Of a stretch of DNA of 64,000 bases, positions 18,261-27,802 are shown in pieces. The position numbers and the translations under genes were made by a program. This DNA is from an uncultured Spirochaetota bacterium. GTDB taxonomy: Bacteria; Spirochaetota; Brevinematia; Brevinematales; JAOACQ01. Under the pieces are notes generated by a model that saw only the letters and a program-made list of their open reading frames with translations, searched no databases and was not told the origin of the DNA. Position 1 is the first letter of the stretch; each line of letters opens with the position of its first letter. The DNA is taken from assembly GCA_963835575.1 (NCBI GenBank), contig CAWIGG010000002.1:1024001-1088000 (forward strand). Direction: 5' to 3'.

Positions 18261-19700
18261 ATGAATAGCCAGATAATATTATTGTCGGCGGTTTTTATCC
18301 CGTTTTTCGGTTCGCTCATCCTGCCGCTGATCGGTCATTTTTCAATCAAAGTCCGGAATTTACTTTCGCTTCTTTTTGTGTTTTCCTCATTTGTTCTCTG
18401 CGGTTTCATGCTGCCCTCAGTTCTCGCCAATCAGGCCATTACTTTTACGCTGAACCTGGATATGGGCTTCCTGGGGAATAATCCCGTTCTCTTCAGGGCG
18501 GACGGCCTGGCGGTATTTATGGTGATGGTTTCGTCCCTGATCGGTTCGATCATTGTCCTGTATTCATTCGGCTATATCAGCCACTATAAAAACCAGAATG
18601 AGTACTACCTGATGGTGGTCATCTTCCTGGGCTCCATGATGGGTATTGTCTTTTCGGCGCATCTGATCTTCCTTTACCTGTTCTGGGAAGTGTCGGCAAT
18701 CTGCAGCTGGCGTCTGATCGGCTTCTTCCGGGAAAAAGACATTGTCCTGAAAGCGGACAAGGCCTTTCTGGTCACATTCGCCGGTGCTGTCATCATGCTG
18801 ATCGGCTTTATCATGATCTACCGGCAGTTCGGCACTTTCGACCTGACGCAGATCAAGCAAGGCTCCGTTATCTCAAACGCGGCCGTTGTTGTGATCCTCT
18901 TCGGCATACTGACAAAATCGTCGACCCTGCCTTTTCATACATGGCTTCCCGACGCCGGTGTCGCGCCGTCGCCTGTGACTTCACTTCTCCATGCCGCGGT
19001 ACTGGTCAAGATCGGCGTGTATGTGTTCGCACGGCTCTTTTTCGTAACGTTCAGCCTGGAAGCATTCTGGCATACGGCTGTGCCGATAATCGCGGCGGTC
19101 AGCGCCCTCGTTGCCGCCGGAGCGGCCATTATTGAAACGGATTTAAAAAGGATCATCGCCTATTCGACGATCAGCCAGATCGGCTTTATTTTCCTTGGTT
19201 TATCGACCGGCAGTATGCTGGGAATGGCCGGCGGTCTTCTATATATATTGATGCATGGGCTGGCAAAGGGAGGACTGTTCCTCTGCGCCGGGATCGTGGA
19301 GCAGAACGCCAAGTCCAAGGATATCACCAAGCTCGGAGGCCTGATATCAGTGATGCCCATAACGGCAATAACATTCATCGCGTGCGCCTTTTCGATCATG
19401 GGCATACCGCCGTTCGGCGGCTTTTTCTGCAAGTATATGGTGATCGGCGGAGCCGTGGAAGCGGGCCAGAACTGGATCGCCCTTGTCTTCATACTGGGGG
19501 CCGTTCTGACGGTCATCTATCTTCTCCGCGTTTTTGTCAGCGTATTCATGGGGCCGCTCAAGCTGGAATCGGTCAAGGAAGGCTCTTCCACTATGCTGGC
19601 CAGCGTGATACTTCTCGCAGTACTGTCTCTCGCGGGCGGAATATTCATCAATTTCCCGGCTGATTTTGTCCAGACTATTATCAAGGGGGTTATCGGCTAA
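18261..19700 (+). CDS. Antiporter-like membrane subunit (NuoL/MrpA/MrpD family) of group 4 hydrogenase
   Basis: LFWE, KSSTLPFHTWLPDA, SLLHAA, KRIIAYSTISQ, HGLAKGGLFLCAG. Confidence 0.92.
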   Translation: MNSQIILLSAVFIPFFGSLILPLIGHFSIKVRNLLSLLFVFSSFVLCGFMLPSVLANQAITFTLNLDMGFLGNNPVLFRADGLAVFMVMVSSLIGSIIVLYSFGYISHYKNQNEYYLMVVIFLGSMMGIVFSAHLIFLYLFWEVSAICSWRLIGFFREKDIVLKADKAFLVTFAGAVIMLIGFIMIYRQFGTFDLTQIKQGSVISNAAVVVILFGILTKSSTLPFHTWLPDAGVAPSPVTSLLHAAVLVKIGVYVFARLFFVTFSLEAFWHTAVPIIAAVSALVAAGAAIIETDLKRIIAYSTISQIGFIFLGLSTGSMLGMAGGLLYILMHGLAKGGLFLCAGIVEQNAKSKDITKLGGLISVMPITAITFIACAFSIMGIPPFGGFFCKYMVIGGAVEAGQNWIALVFILGAVLTVIYLLRVFVSVFMGPLKLESVKEGSSTMLASVILLAVLSLAGGIFINFPADFVQTIIKGVIG

Positions 19701-21563
19701 ATGGATAACAATTTACTTCTCATACCCATATTTCTACCCGCTCTTCTCGCTTTAATAATATTTCTAATACCCAGAAAGGATAAATGGATCAAGGAAGCCG
19801 TCACCCTGATCGGCGTAGCTGTAAACCTCGCGGTCTGCATCGTCTTTTTCGGGAAAGAGATGGTCCTGAACATGCCATGGGTCGCCATCGGCAGTTTTAA
19901 AATTGATTTTCTCTTGAGGCTCTATCATTTCAGCTCGTTCATCATACTGGCCGTGTCCGGTTTTGCCTTTATGATCGCCCTTTATTCAACGATATTCATG
20001 CGCGGGAAGGAGAACCTCCGTCTTTTTTACGGCTTTCTTTTGATCAACGTCGGCCTGGTGAACGGCGCGGTCCTGGCCAACCATTTGATCCTGATGCTCT
20101 TTTTCTGGGAAGGGCTCCTTATCGCCCTATTCGCTATGATCATGTCCGGCGGAAAAAGCGCGTTTCCCACGGCCGTCAAGACGTTTGTCCTGAACGGCGT
20201 CGCTGACTTCGGCATGATCCTGGGCATCGCGCTGGTCGGCTTTATCATGAAAGGGAACCTTGCCATGGATGTCATTTCCAAAACTCCCATTCCCCTCAAC
20301 GATTTCTGGGGGATATTCGCTTTTATTCTCATAATGACAGGCGCCATAACCAAGGCGGGCTCCATGCCCTTCCATACCTGGATACCCGACGCGGCAATTG
20401 ACGCTCCCCTGCCGTTTATGGCCTTTCTGCCGGCTTCTATTGAAAAGCTGCTCGGCATTTATTTCCTGGCGCGTGTCACGCTGGACCTCTTCGACTTCAA
20501 GGCAGGCTCTGTCATGTCTATCGTCGTAATGACCATCGGCGCCGTGACGATCCTCCTGGCCGTGATGATGGCGCTCATCCAGAAAAATTTCAAGCGTCTT
20601 CTTTCCTACCATGCCATCAGCCAGGTCGGCTATATGATCCTCGGCATCGGTACGGCGATCCCTGTCGGCATTGTCGGCGGGCTCTTCCATATGATCAACC
20701 ATGCCATGTATAAAAGCTGTCTTTTTTTAACGGGCGGTTCCGTGGAAAAACAGGCCGGCACGACGGAGCTGAAGGACCTGGGCGGGCTGGGCAGAAAGAT
20801 GCCCATCACGTTCATCTGCTTTATCGTCGCGGCAAGCGCCATTTCCGGAGTTCCGCCGTTCAACGGCTTCTTCTCGAAGGAGCTCGTGTTTGACGGCGCC
20901 CTCGAAACAGGCCATGTCGTATTTTATATAGCGGCTTTACTCGGAGCATTCCTGACGGCGGCCTCATTCCTCAAGCTGGGACACGCGGCTTTCCTCGGCA
21001 AACAGAATAAGGACTACAGCAAGGTCAAAGATCCCGGCTGGCCGATGCTTGTCCCGATGATCGTGATCGCGCTCGGCTGCATACTTTTCGGCGTTTATAA
21101 CCCGCTTCCGCTGAACGGCCTGATCCAGCCGATACTGGGCGCGAGGCTCGAGCACAGCTACGCCGGACTTCCCGGCAACTGGACCCTTGTCATTATTTCC
21201 GTTTCAGTGCTGGTCCTCGCTTTCCTGAACCACCTTTACGGCGTGTGGAGGACGAAATCCGGCATCGGAGCGGTGGACCATATTTACCATGCGCCGGGGC
21301 TTAATACTATTTATAAATGGGCCGAGAAACGCTATTTCGACCCCTACAATATCGGGATGATCATCGTGAACGGCGCCTCCAGAGTTCTATGGTGGATAGA
21401 CAGGGGGATCGATTGGATTTATAATAAATTTTTCGTTGGGGTTGTTTCAGCCTTCTCGTTTGTGATTAGAAAAGCCCATACAGGCAGTTATTCGCTCTAT
21501 CTTTTATGGTCGCTGGCGGGCCTGGCGGTCATCATTGTCATTTTTATATTTCAGTTGCGTTAG
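19701..21563 (+). CDS. Antiporter-like membrane subunit, long NuoL/MrpA type
   Basis: FFWE, KAGSMPFHTWIPDA, KRLLSYHAISQ, GVPPFNGFFSKE, C-terminal amphipathic extension. Confidence 0.92.
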   Translation: MDNNLLLIPIFLPALLALIIFLIPRKDKWIKEAVTLIGVAVNLAVCIVFFGKEMVLNMPWVAIGSFKIDFLLRLYHFSSFIILAVSGFAFMIALYSTIFMRGKENLRLFYGFLLINVGLVNGAVLANHLILMLFFWEGLLIALFAMIMSGGKSAFPTAVKTFVLNGVADFGMILGIALVGFIMKGNLAMDVISKTPIPLNDFWGIFAFILIMTGAITKAGSMPFHTWIPDAAIDAPLPFMAFLPASIEKLLGIYFLARVTLDLFDFKAGSVMSIVVMTIGAVTILLAVMMALIQKNFKRLLSYHAISQVGYMILGIGTAIPVGIVGGLFHMINHAMYKSCLFLTGGSVEKQAGTTELKDLGGLGRKMPITFICFIVAASAISGVPPFNGFFSKELVFDGALETGHVVFYIAALLGAFLTAASFLKLGHAAFLGKQNKDYSKVKDPGWPMLVPMIVIALGCILFGVYNPLPLNGLIQPILGARLEHSYAGLPGNWTLVIISVSVLVLAFLNHLYGVWRTKSGIGAVDHIYHAPGLNTIYKWAEKRYFDPYNIGMIIVNGASRVLWWIDRGIDWIYNKFFVGVVSAFSFVIRKAHTGSYSLYLLWSLAGLAVIIVIFIFQLR

Positions 21564-21575
21564 GAGGACATAAGC

Positions 21576-23009
21576 GTGCAAGCCTTATTTATTCTTGTCC
21601 CGTTAGCGGCGCTCATCATACTGAACCTTCCTTTTAAACAGGCTTTCAGAAAAAGCGCCATAGTCGTAGCGATACTGATCGCTATATTCCAGATGGTTTT
21701 AGCTCTCAGTTCAGGGGTCATGCTCTGGACAAACATCATAGAGTTTTTTAAATTCAAATTCGTAACGGAACTCAGCATAGATTTTTTGAGCCTGGTAGTC
21801 CTCTTTACAATCGGGCTGATAGCTTTTACAGCGCTTATTGTCAGTCAATCTTCCTATAATAAAGACAAGTTCAATCTGATCAATCTGATCCTGATACTTA
21901 TGATGGGAATGAACGGCGTTGTAATGGTCAGGGACCTGTTTTCCCTTTATGTATTTCTGGAAATAACCGCGATTTCATCTTTTATTCTGATAGCTCTGGA
22001 AAAAGGCATTGAAGGCTTCGAGGGCGCATTTAAATATCTGGTGATGTCCGCTGTGGCGACCATATTTCTTTTGACAGCAATCGGTCTTGTGTTTCTGACG
22101 ACCCAAGACCTTACTTTTAACACCGTGGGCAATTATATAAAAAGCCTGAACGGGAAATTTCCTCCTCAGATGATTACCGCCCTGATACTCTTCATTACAG
22201 GTCTAGCGATAAAGGCCGGTATTGTTCCCTTCCATGGCTGGCTTCCGGACGCGTATATGTCCGCTCCTGCTTCTGTTTCAATCCTCTTAGCGGGCATCGT
22301 GACGAAGGTGGCCGGAGTTTATACTATTATACGGCTTGTGAACGATGTGTTCAACAACATGAGCGTTATCAACAGCATCCTCATGGCCTTCGGCGCGCTG
22401 TCCATCGTGGTCGGCGCGTTGGCGGCGATAGGGCAGAGCGATTTTAAAAGGGTCCTCGCTTATTCCAGTATCAGCCAGATCGGCTATATTATCCTGGCCG
22501 CAGGAATAGGAACGCCCCTTGCTTACGCCGGCGCGCTTCTGCACTTTTTTAATCATGCCACTTTTAAGTCCCTCCTTTTCGTCAACTCCGCCGCGGTCGA
22601 AACGCAGACGGGGACAAGGGACATCAATAAACTGGGCGGGCTTGGAAGTAAAATGCCTGTCACAGCCGGCACGTCTGTGGTCGCTTTTCTTTCAACAACG
22701 GGGATGCCGCCTCTCGCGGGCTTCTGGAGCAAATTGATCATCATAGTTGCCGCATGGACCGCGAGTTATTATATTTATAGTATCATAGCGGTATTAGCGA
22801 GCATATTAACACTCGCGTATTTTCTCATTCTGCAGAGGAAGGTGTTTTTCGGAAAAACCGCTGCCGGATTGGAAAATATAAAAGAAGGCAATATCGGTTT
22901 CACTCTTCCCGCGCTTATTCTTGCCGCCATAACTGTTATTTTAGGTCTGGCATTTCCTTTTATTGTACAATTACTGCAGACAAACGGCTTGCTTAAAATA
23001 ATGATATAA
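21576..23009 (+). CDS. Antiporter-like membrane subunit (MrpD/NuoN family)
   Basis: DLFSLYVFLE, KAGIVPFHGWLPDAY, KRVLAYSSISQ, PPLAGFWSK. Confidence 0.92.
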   Translation: MQALFILVPLAALIILNLPFKQAFRKSAIVVAILIAIFQMVLALSSGVMLWTNIIEFFKFKFVTELSIDFLSLVVLFTIGLIAFTALIVSQSSYNKDKFNLINLILILMMGMNGVVMVRDLFSLYVFLEITAISSFILIALEKGIEGFEGAFKYLVMSAVATIFLLTAIGLVFLTTQDLTFNTVGNYIKSLNGKFPPQMITALILFITGLAIKAGIVPFHGWLPDAYMSAPASVSILLAGIVTKVAGVYTIIRLVNDVFNNMSVINSILMAFGALSIVVGALAAIGQSDFKRVLAYSSISQIGYIILAAGIGTPLAYAGALLHFFNHATFKSLLFVNSAAVETQTGTRDINKLGGLGSKMPVTAGTSVVAFLSTTGMPPLAGFWSKLIIIVAAWTASYYIYSIIAVLASILTLAYFLILQRKVFFGKTAAGLENIKEGNIGFTLPALILAAITVILGLAFPFIVQLLQTNGLLKIMI

Positions 23010-23023
23010 TTGGAGAAAGTAGA

Positions 23024-23539
23024 ATGAAAGAGATAGTTCTTATTATTATATTCGTGAGCCTGGTCGTTGCGGCCCTGATGTCGGTTATGATAAGGAGCCT
23101 GATCAAGGCCGCCATAGCCCTGGCTGTCACGAGCGCGGTCCTTGCTATAATTATGTTCCTTCTGAACGCGTGGATAGCGGCGGTGATCGAGCTGTCCGTC
23201 TGCGCGGGAATGATCACGGTCGTTTTTATCAGCGCGATCAGCCTTACCAAGCCGCTGACGGATGAGGAAATCGTCATTGAGGCGAAGCACCGGGTGAAGC
23301 GTTTTATTTATCTTCCGTTCATACTCATAGCCGCGATGGTCCTGCTTTACATCGGCTGGCAGAACCATATCATCAATTTCGACTTCATTCCGAAAACCGC
23401 CGTAACGCCGCATGACTTCGCGGAACAGAGCGATATTATCTGGAATAAAAGGCCGGTCGACATCCTGGGGCAGATTATCGTTATTTTTTCAGGGGTTTTC
23501 GGCGTCGTAGTTTTATTTAAGGAGCGTACCGTAAAATGA
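23024..23539 (+). CDS. NuoJ-like membrane subunit
   Basis: Hydrophobic; AAVIELSVCAG; operon position. Confidence 0.75.
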   Translation: MKEIVLIIIFVSLVVAALMSVMIRSLIKAAIALAVTSAVLAIIMFLLNAWIAAVIELSVCAGMITVVFISAISLTKPLTDEEIVIEAKHRVKRFIYLPFILIAAMVLLYIGWQNHIINFDFIPKTAVTPHDFAEQSDIIWNKRPVDILGQIIVIFSGVFGVVVLFKERTVK

Positions 23540-23847
23540 ACGTGGATATGAGTTTTGTTATATTCAGCGCCATTGTTTTACTTCTTATTACAGGGCTGTA
23601 CTGCCTGATCGTCACGCAGAACCTCATCAGGATACTGATAGGACTGGAGATACTGACAAAGGCCGTCACACTGCTGTTGATCGCGGCGGGATATCTGACC
23701 AACTGGGCCGCGGTGACCCAGTCGTTTGTCATCACGCTGATCATTATCGAGGTCGTTGTCATTGTCGTCGCGTGCGGGATCGTGATCGGCGTCTGCCTGC
23801 ATAATAAGAACCTGGACACGCGGAACCTCAGGAAATTAAAGGAATAA
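23536..23847 (+). CDS. NuoK/MrpC-like membrane subunit
   Basis: GLYCLIVTQNLIRILIGLE; three TM segments. Confidence 0.85.
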   Translation: MNVDMSFVIFSAIVLLLITGLYCLIVTQNLIRILIGLEILTKAVTLLLIAAGYLTNWAAVTQSFVITLIIIEVVVIVVACGIVIGVCLHNKNLDTRNLRKLKE

Positions 23848-23857
23848 GGATATCATT

Positions 23858-24178
23858 ATGGTTAATATACTCATGCCTCCTATCGCTTTTCTCATCATAC
23901 TTCTGCTTTCGTTTATTTTTTCGGGGATCTTCCAGGGCTTATCGGCAAAAGGCAAAGAGACCGCCGGTAAGGAAAAATCCTATGCCTGCGGCGAGGATGT
24001 GGCCACGAACAAGGCACAGCCCGATTACAGCCAGTTTTTCCCGTTCGCTTTCTTTTTTACCATTATGCATGTTCTGGTGCTGATGATCGCGACGGTCACG
24101 AAGGGAATAATCGGCCTGCCGCTTCTCTATCTGGCCGCCGGCGTGATAGCCCTGTTTATACTTTTCAGGAGGTCATAA
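23858..24178 (+). CDS. NuoA-like membrane subunit
   Basis: KEKSYACGE loop followed by FFPFAFFF TM. Confidence 0.8.
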   Translation: MVNILMPPIAFLIILLLSFIFSGIFQGLSAKGKETAGKEKSYACGEDVATNKAQPDYSQFFPFAFFFTIMHVLVLMIATVTKGIIGLPLLYLAAGVIALFILFRRS

Positions 24179-24609
24179 TGTCTCTGGTCAGGAAAATAAT
24201 GACATGGGCCAGGATAAAGTCGCCCTGGATCATTCATTTCAATACAGGCGCGTGCAACGCCTGCGATATAGAAATACTGGCGGCGCTGACGCCCAGGTAC
24301 GACCTGGAGCGCTTCGGTGTCCAGCTGAAAGGCACGCCCAGGCATGCCGACGTGCTGGTGTGCTCGGGACCTGTGACCCTGCAGACAAAAGACAGGCTTT
24401 TGAGGATCTATGAGCAGATGGCCGAGCCGAAGTTTGTCGTGGCGGTCGGCACATGCGCTTCCTCGGGAGGCGTATTCAACGGCTGTTACGGCGTTAAGGG
24501 CGGCATCGATACGATCATTCCCGTGTCCGCCTACATACCGGGATGCCCGGTCAGACCGGAGGCGATCATAGACGGTGTGGTGAAACTTCTGGCAAAGATC
24601 AAAGGTTAA
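24178..24609 (+). CDS. Hydrogenase small subunit (NuoB/EchC-like, 4Fe-4S)
   Basis: GACNACDIE, PRHADVL, VGTCASSGG, IPGCPVRPE. Confidence 0.93.
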   Translation: MSLVRKIMTWARIKSPWIIHFNTGACNACDIEILAALTPRYDLERFGVQLKGTPRHADVLVCSGPVTLQTKDRLLRIYEQMAEPKFVVAVGTCASSGGVFNGCYGVKGGIDTIIPVSAYIPGCPVRPEAIIDGVVKLLAKIKG

Positions 24610-24625
24610 AAGGGGAGGCATAGTT

Positions 24626-25096
24626 ATGGAAAGGGCCGAGAATATCAAAGAGATATTAATAAAAAACTTCGGTATTTCAGACGATAAAATCAGGATACAG
24701 AGACAGCGGAGGATCTACGCTGAAATCCCCTCTGAAAAAATACATAAACTGATGGAATTCTTAAGGGACAATCAGGATTTTACATTCCTCTGCACCATCA
24801 CCGGCCTGGATGTGGGCGAAAATTTCCAGGTGATATACCATCTGGCGGATAGTCAGGGGACTTTGCTCAACCTCAAGATACACACCCCGCGTTCCCATCC
24901 TGTGATCAAATCCGTTACGCCTCTCTTTAAAGGCGCGGTCTTTTATGAAAGGGAGCTCAAGGACATGTTCGGCATCGAAGTGGAAGGCGTGCCTCCCGGA
25001 AGAAGGTACCCTCTTCCCGACGGCTGGCCGGAAGGCCAGTACCCGCTCAGAAAGGACTGGAAGCAGGAAGAAGAAACCAAGGCGCAGGAGGCGTAA
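24626..25096 (+). CDS. NuoC/EchD-like subunit
   Basis: LCTITGLD, YERELKDMFGI, YPLRKDW. Confidence 0.9.
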   Translation: MERAENIKEILIKNFGISDDKIRIQRQRRIYAEIPSEKIHKLMEFLRDNQDFTFLCTITGLDVGENFQVIYHLADSQGTLLNLKIHTPRSHPVIKSVTPLFKGAVFYERELKDMFGIEVEGVPPGRRYPLPDGWPEGQYPLRKDWKQEEETKAQEA

Positions 25097-25097
25097 A

Positions 25098-26315
25098 ATG
25101 GCAAAAGTTGTAGTGCCCATCGGTCCCCAGCATCCGGCCCTGAAGGAACCGGCAAGTTTTACCCTTTATCTTGAAGGAGAAAGGGTCGCCGCGACGAATG
25201 TCGCCCTCGGTTATAACCACCGCGGCGTTGAAAAGGCATGCGAACAGCGCACTTATATACAGAGTATGTACCTCATCGAAAGGGTCTGCGGGATCTGCTC
25301 GCATTCCCATTCCACAGCTTTTTTGCAGGCGGTGGAAGAGATCGCGGCGCTCGAGATCCCAAAAAGGGCCGCTTATATCAGGACGCTCGTCGGAGAGCTG
25401 GAAAGGATCCACAGCCACCTCCTCTGGCTCGGCGTGGCCGGGCATGAACTCGGTTTTGACACGCTCTTTATGTATAGCTGGCGCGACAGGGAGGTCGTGA
25501 TGGACATCCTGGCGATGCTCACCGGGAACAGGGTCAATTACGGGATAAATACGATCGGCGGCGTCAGAAGAGACATTTCGAAAGAGCAGATCGAGGATAC
25601 GCTTAAAGCCGTTGATATACTGGAAGAAAGAACAAAATATTACATAGAGGTAGCGACGCAGGAAACGACCCTTATCGGCAGGCTTGCCGGGGTCGGGAAG
25701 CTTCCGAAAGATCTGATAGCCCAGTTCGGCACGACAGGCCCGACGGCAAGGGCCGCCGGAATAAAAAAGGACGTCAGGAAAGACGATCCCTATGCCGCGT
25801 ACGCCGAATTGAGTTTTAACGTCGTTACGGACGACCATGCCGATGTGCTGGGAAGGACCATTGTCCGCGTGATGGAGCTGATGGAAAGCTACAAGATCAT
25901 CCGCCAGGTCCTCAAGCAGCTTCCGGACGGTCCCATATCCGTACGAGCACCGAGGAAAATACCCGAAGGCGAGGCCATCAGCCGGTACGAAGCCCCGCGC
26001 GGCGAGGATTTTCATTATGTTAAAGGCAACGGCTCCGAAAAGCCTGAAAGGGTAAAGGTCCGAGCCCCGACGCTGGCTAATCTCGCCGCCATATCCTATA
26101 TGCTGGACGGCGGATACCTGGCCGACGTGCCGATCGTCATCGCGGCCATCGACCCCTGTTTTTCATGCACCGACAGGATGATCGCGGTCAATGACCTTGA
26201 GACAGGGAGGAATTCCCTGATGGATTGGGAAGGCCTGCGGAATTACAGCTTAGAATGGTACAGAAAAAACCGCGGCCTTGACATGGGTAAAATTAAAGCA
26301 ATTTCCAAAAAATAA
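25098..26315 (+). CDS. Group 4 [NiFe]-hydrogenase large subunit
   Basis: GPQHPAL, HRGVEK, L1 ERVCGICSHSH, L2 DPCFSCTDR plus 45-aa C-terminal extension; start at ATG 25098 after GGAGG. Confidence 0.93.
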   Translation: MAKVVVPIGPQHPALKEPASFTLYLEGERVAATNVALGYNHRGVEKACEQRTYIQSMYLIERVCGICSHSHSTAFLQAVEEIAALEIPKRAAYIRTLVGELERIHSHLLWLGVAGHELGFDTLFMYSWRDREVVMDILAMLTGNRVNYGINTIGGVRRDISKEQIEDTLKAVDILEERTKYYIEVATQETTLIGRLAGVGKLPKDLIAQFGTTGPTARAAGIKKDVRKDDPYAAYAELSFNVVTDDHADVLGRTIVRVMELMESYKIIRQVLKQLPDGPISVRAPRKIPEGEAISRYEAPRGEDFHYVKGNGSEKPERVKVRAPTLANLAAISYMLDGGYLADVPIVIAAIDPCFSCTDRMIAVNDLETGRNSLMDWEGLRNYSLEWYRKNRGLDMGKIKAISKK

Positions 26316-26477
26316 TTTTTTGGAAATTGCCTGAATAAAAATATTTTTGGGTAATTAAAATGATGCAGTCCCTCACCATTTTGTTAGCTCAAAAGGATAG
26401 CCAGGCAAAATGGTGAGGGACTGCAAGACTCTGAACTATATCGGAAGTTCTAAAAAATCACATTTTTTAGAACTTCC
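26298..26477. repeat. Cluster of three perfect hairpins inside the hydrogenase operon
   Basis: 15-bp stem 26298-26330, 20-bp stem 26364-26425, 15-bp stem 26443-26477. Confidence 0.85.
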
Positions 26478-26496
26478 ATAAGGAAGGTAATAGATA

Positions 26497-27456
26497 ATGG
26501 CCGAAGTTCTCACCAATCTTTTTCAGATGATCGTTTTTCCGGGATTTATATTCCTCGGTATTTACGGGATTATCGTTGAATTCATCGACCGGAAGCTCTA
26601 CGCGCGGTTCCAGAACCGTGTCGGCCCGCCCTGGTTCCAGCCCCTGGCCGATTTTATCAAACTGCTCGGCAAGGAAACGATCATCCCCGCTGAAGCGGAC
26701 AAAAGGATGTTCAAAATGATCCCTGTTTTCGCGCTGGCCGCCGTCTGCACGGCGTTCCTCTATATACCGGTCTGGAACAGCCAGTCGCTTTACCCATTCA
26801 AAGGCGATGTGATCGTCGTGCTTTATCTGCTGACTATACCGACATTGACATTCTTCCTGGCGGGATGGCACTCAAGCTCGCTTTTCGCGGCGCTAGGCTC
26901 GGTGAGGACGCTCACACAGCTCTTCGCCTATGAAGTGCCGCTCTTTATGGCCATACTTGGGCCGGCAATCCTCGCGGGAAGCGCAAGCGATTGGTCGCTC
27001 AGCGGTATTTCCGCTTTTTACGGAGCGCATCCGCTCTATATCCTGATCAATATACCCGCTTTTATCGTGGCGATGATCGCTGTGCAGGGAAAATTAGAAA
27101 GGGTGCCGTTCGATATGCCCGAGGCCGAGACGGAAATCGTGGCCGGCGCATTTACCGAATACAGCGGAAAGCTCCTGGCGATCTTCAGGATGTCCATAGA
27201 CATCGAGATGGTTGTCGCCGCGGCGCTATTGTCGGCGGTCTTTTTCCCGTTCTTTATCACCGGCAATGCCATCCTTGGATTCGCTCTGTTCATAGTCAAG
27301 ACTTTATTCATCGTTTTCATTCTATCGGCGGTACGCGCGGCGCTGGCCAGGCTCCGTATCGAGCAGATGGTCGCCTTCTGCTGGAGGATACTGACTCCGA
27401 TCGCGCTCGTCCAGCTCTTAGCTAACCTGATTTTAAAAGAGGTCCTGAAAATATGA
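26497..27456 (+). CDS. NuoH/EchB-like membrane subunit
   Basis: DRKLYARFQNRVGPP, QPLADFIKL, RVPFDMPEAETE, TEYSG. Confidence 0.93.
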   Translation: MAEVLTNLFQMIVFPGFIFLGIYGIIVEFIDRKLYARFQNRVGPPWFQPLADFIKLLGKETIIPAEADKRMFKMIPVFALAAVCTAFLYIPVWNSQSLYPFKGDVIVVLYLLTIPTLTFFLAGWHSSSLFAALGSVRTLTQLFAYEVPLFMAILGPAILAGSASDWSLSGISAFYGAHPLYILINIPAFIVAMIAVQGKLERVPFDMPEAETEIVAGAFTEYSGKLLAIFRMSIDIEMVVAAALLSAVFFPFFITGNAILGFALFIVKTLFIVFILSAVRAALARLRIEQMVAFCWRILTPIALVQLLANLILKEVLKI

Positions 27457-27800
27457 AAAAACCCGGCAAGATGCTCCCTTTCATGATGAAAATGCTTGTA
27501 ACAAAACCGGCGACGGTTTTATATCCCTATACAAAGGTGGAAATGCCCCTGAATTTCCGCGGCAAACTCAAGTTCGACGCGTCGAAATGCATCGGCTGTA
27601 AGATGTGCATGCGGGACTGCCCCTCCGACGCCATCGTCATAGAGAAAACCGGCGAAAAGCAGTACGAGGCGGTCGTCTATCTTGACAAATGCATCTACTG
27701 CGGCCAGTGCGTCGACAGCTGCCCCAAAAAGGCGCTCTGGAACACCACGGAATACGAGTTGGCCAACTACGACCATGAACACCTGAAGGTGAAAATCTAA
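27453..27800 (+). CDS. NuoI/EchF-like 2[4Fe-4S] subunit
   Basis: CIGCKMCMRDCP and CIYCGQCVDSCP. Confidence 0.93.
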   Translation: MKKPGKMLPFMMKMLVTKPATVLYPYTKVEMPLNFRGKLKFDASKCIGCKMCMRDCPSDAIVIEKTGEKQYEAVVYLDKCIYCGQCVDSCPKKALWNTTEYELANYDHEHLKVKI

Positions 27801-27802
27801 TA

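Noticed and set aside
24945..25097. N-terminal extension of the hydrogenase large-subunit ORF in the ORF track
   Set aside because: Overlaps the NuoC-like gene in another frame; ATG 25098 has a GGAGG RBS and a typical N-terminus
25047..26015. 322-aa antisense ORF, and similar ones at 9491-10096, 16765-17277, 20127-20702 and 22775-23413
   Set aside because: Shadow frames opposite well-supported GC-rich genes, with no recognisable motifs
18261..27800. Annotation as respiratory complex I (nuo)
   Set aside because: The large subunit keeps both Ni-binding CxxC motifs, a maturation protease is present, and NuoEFG are absent
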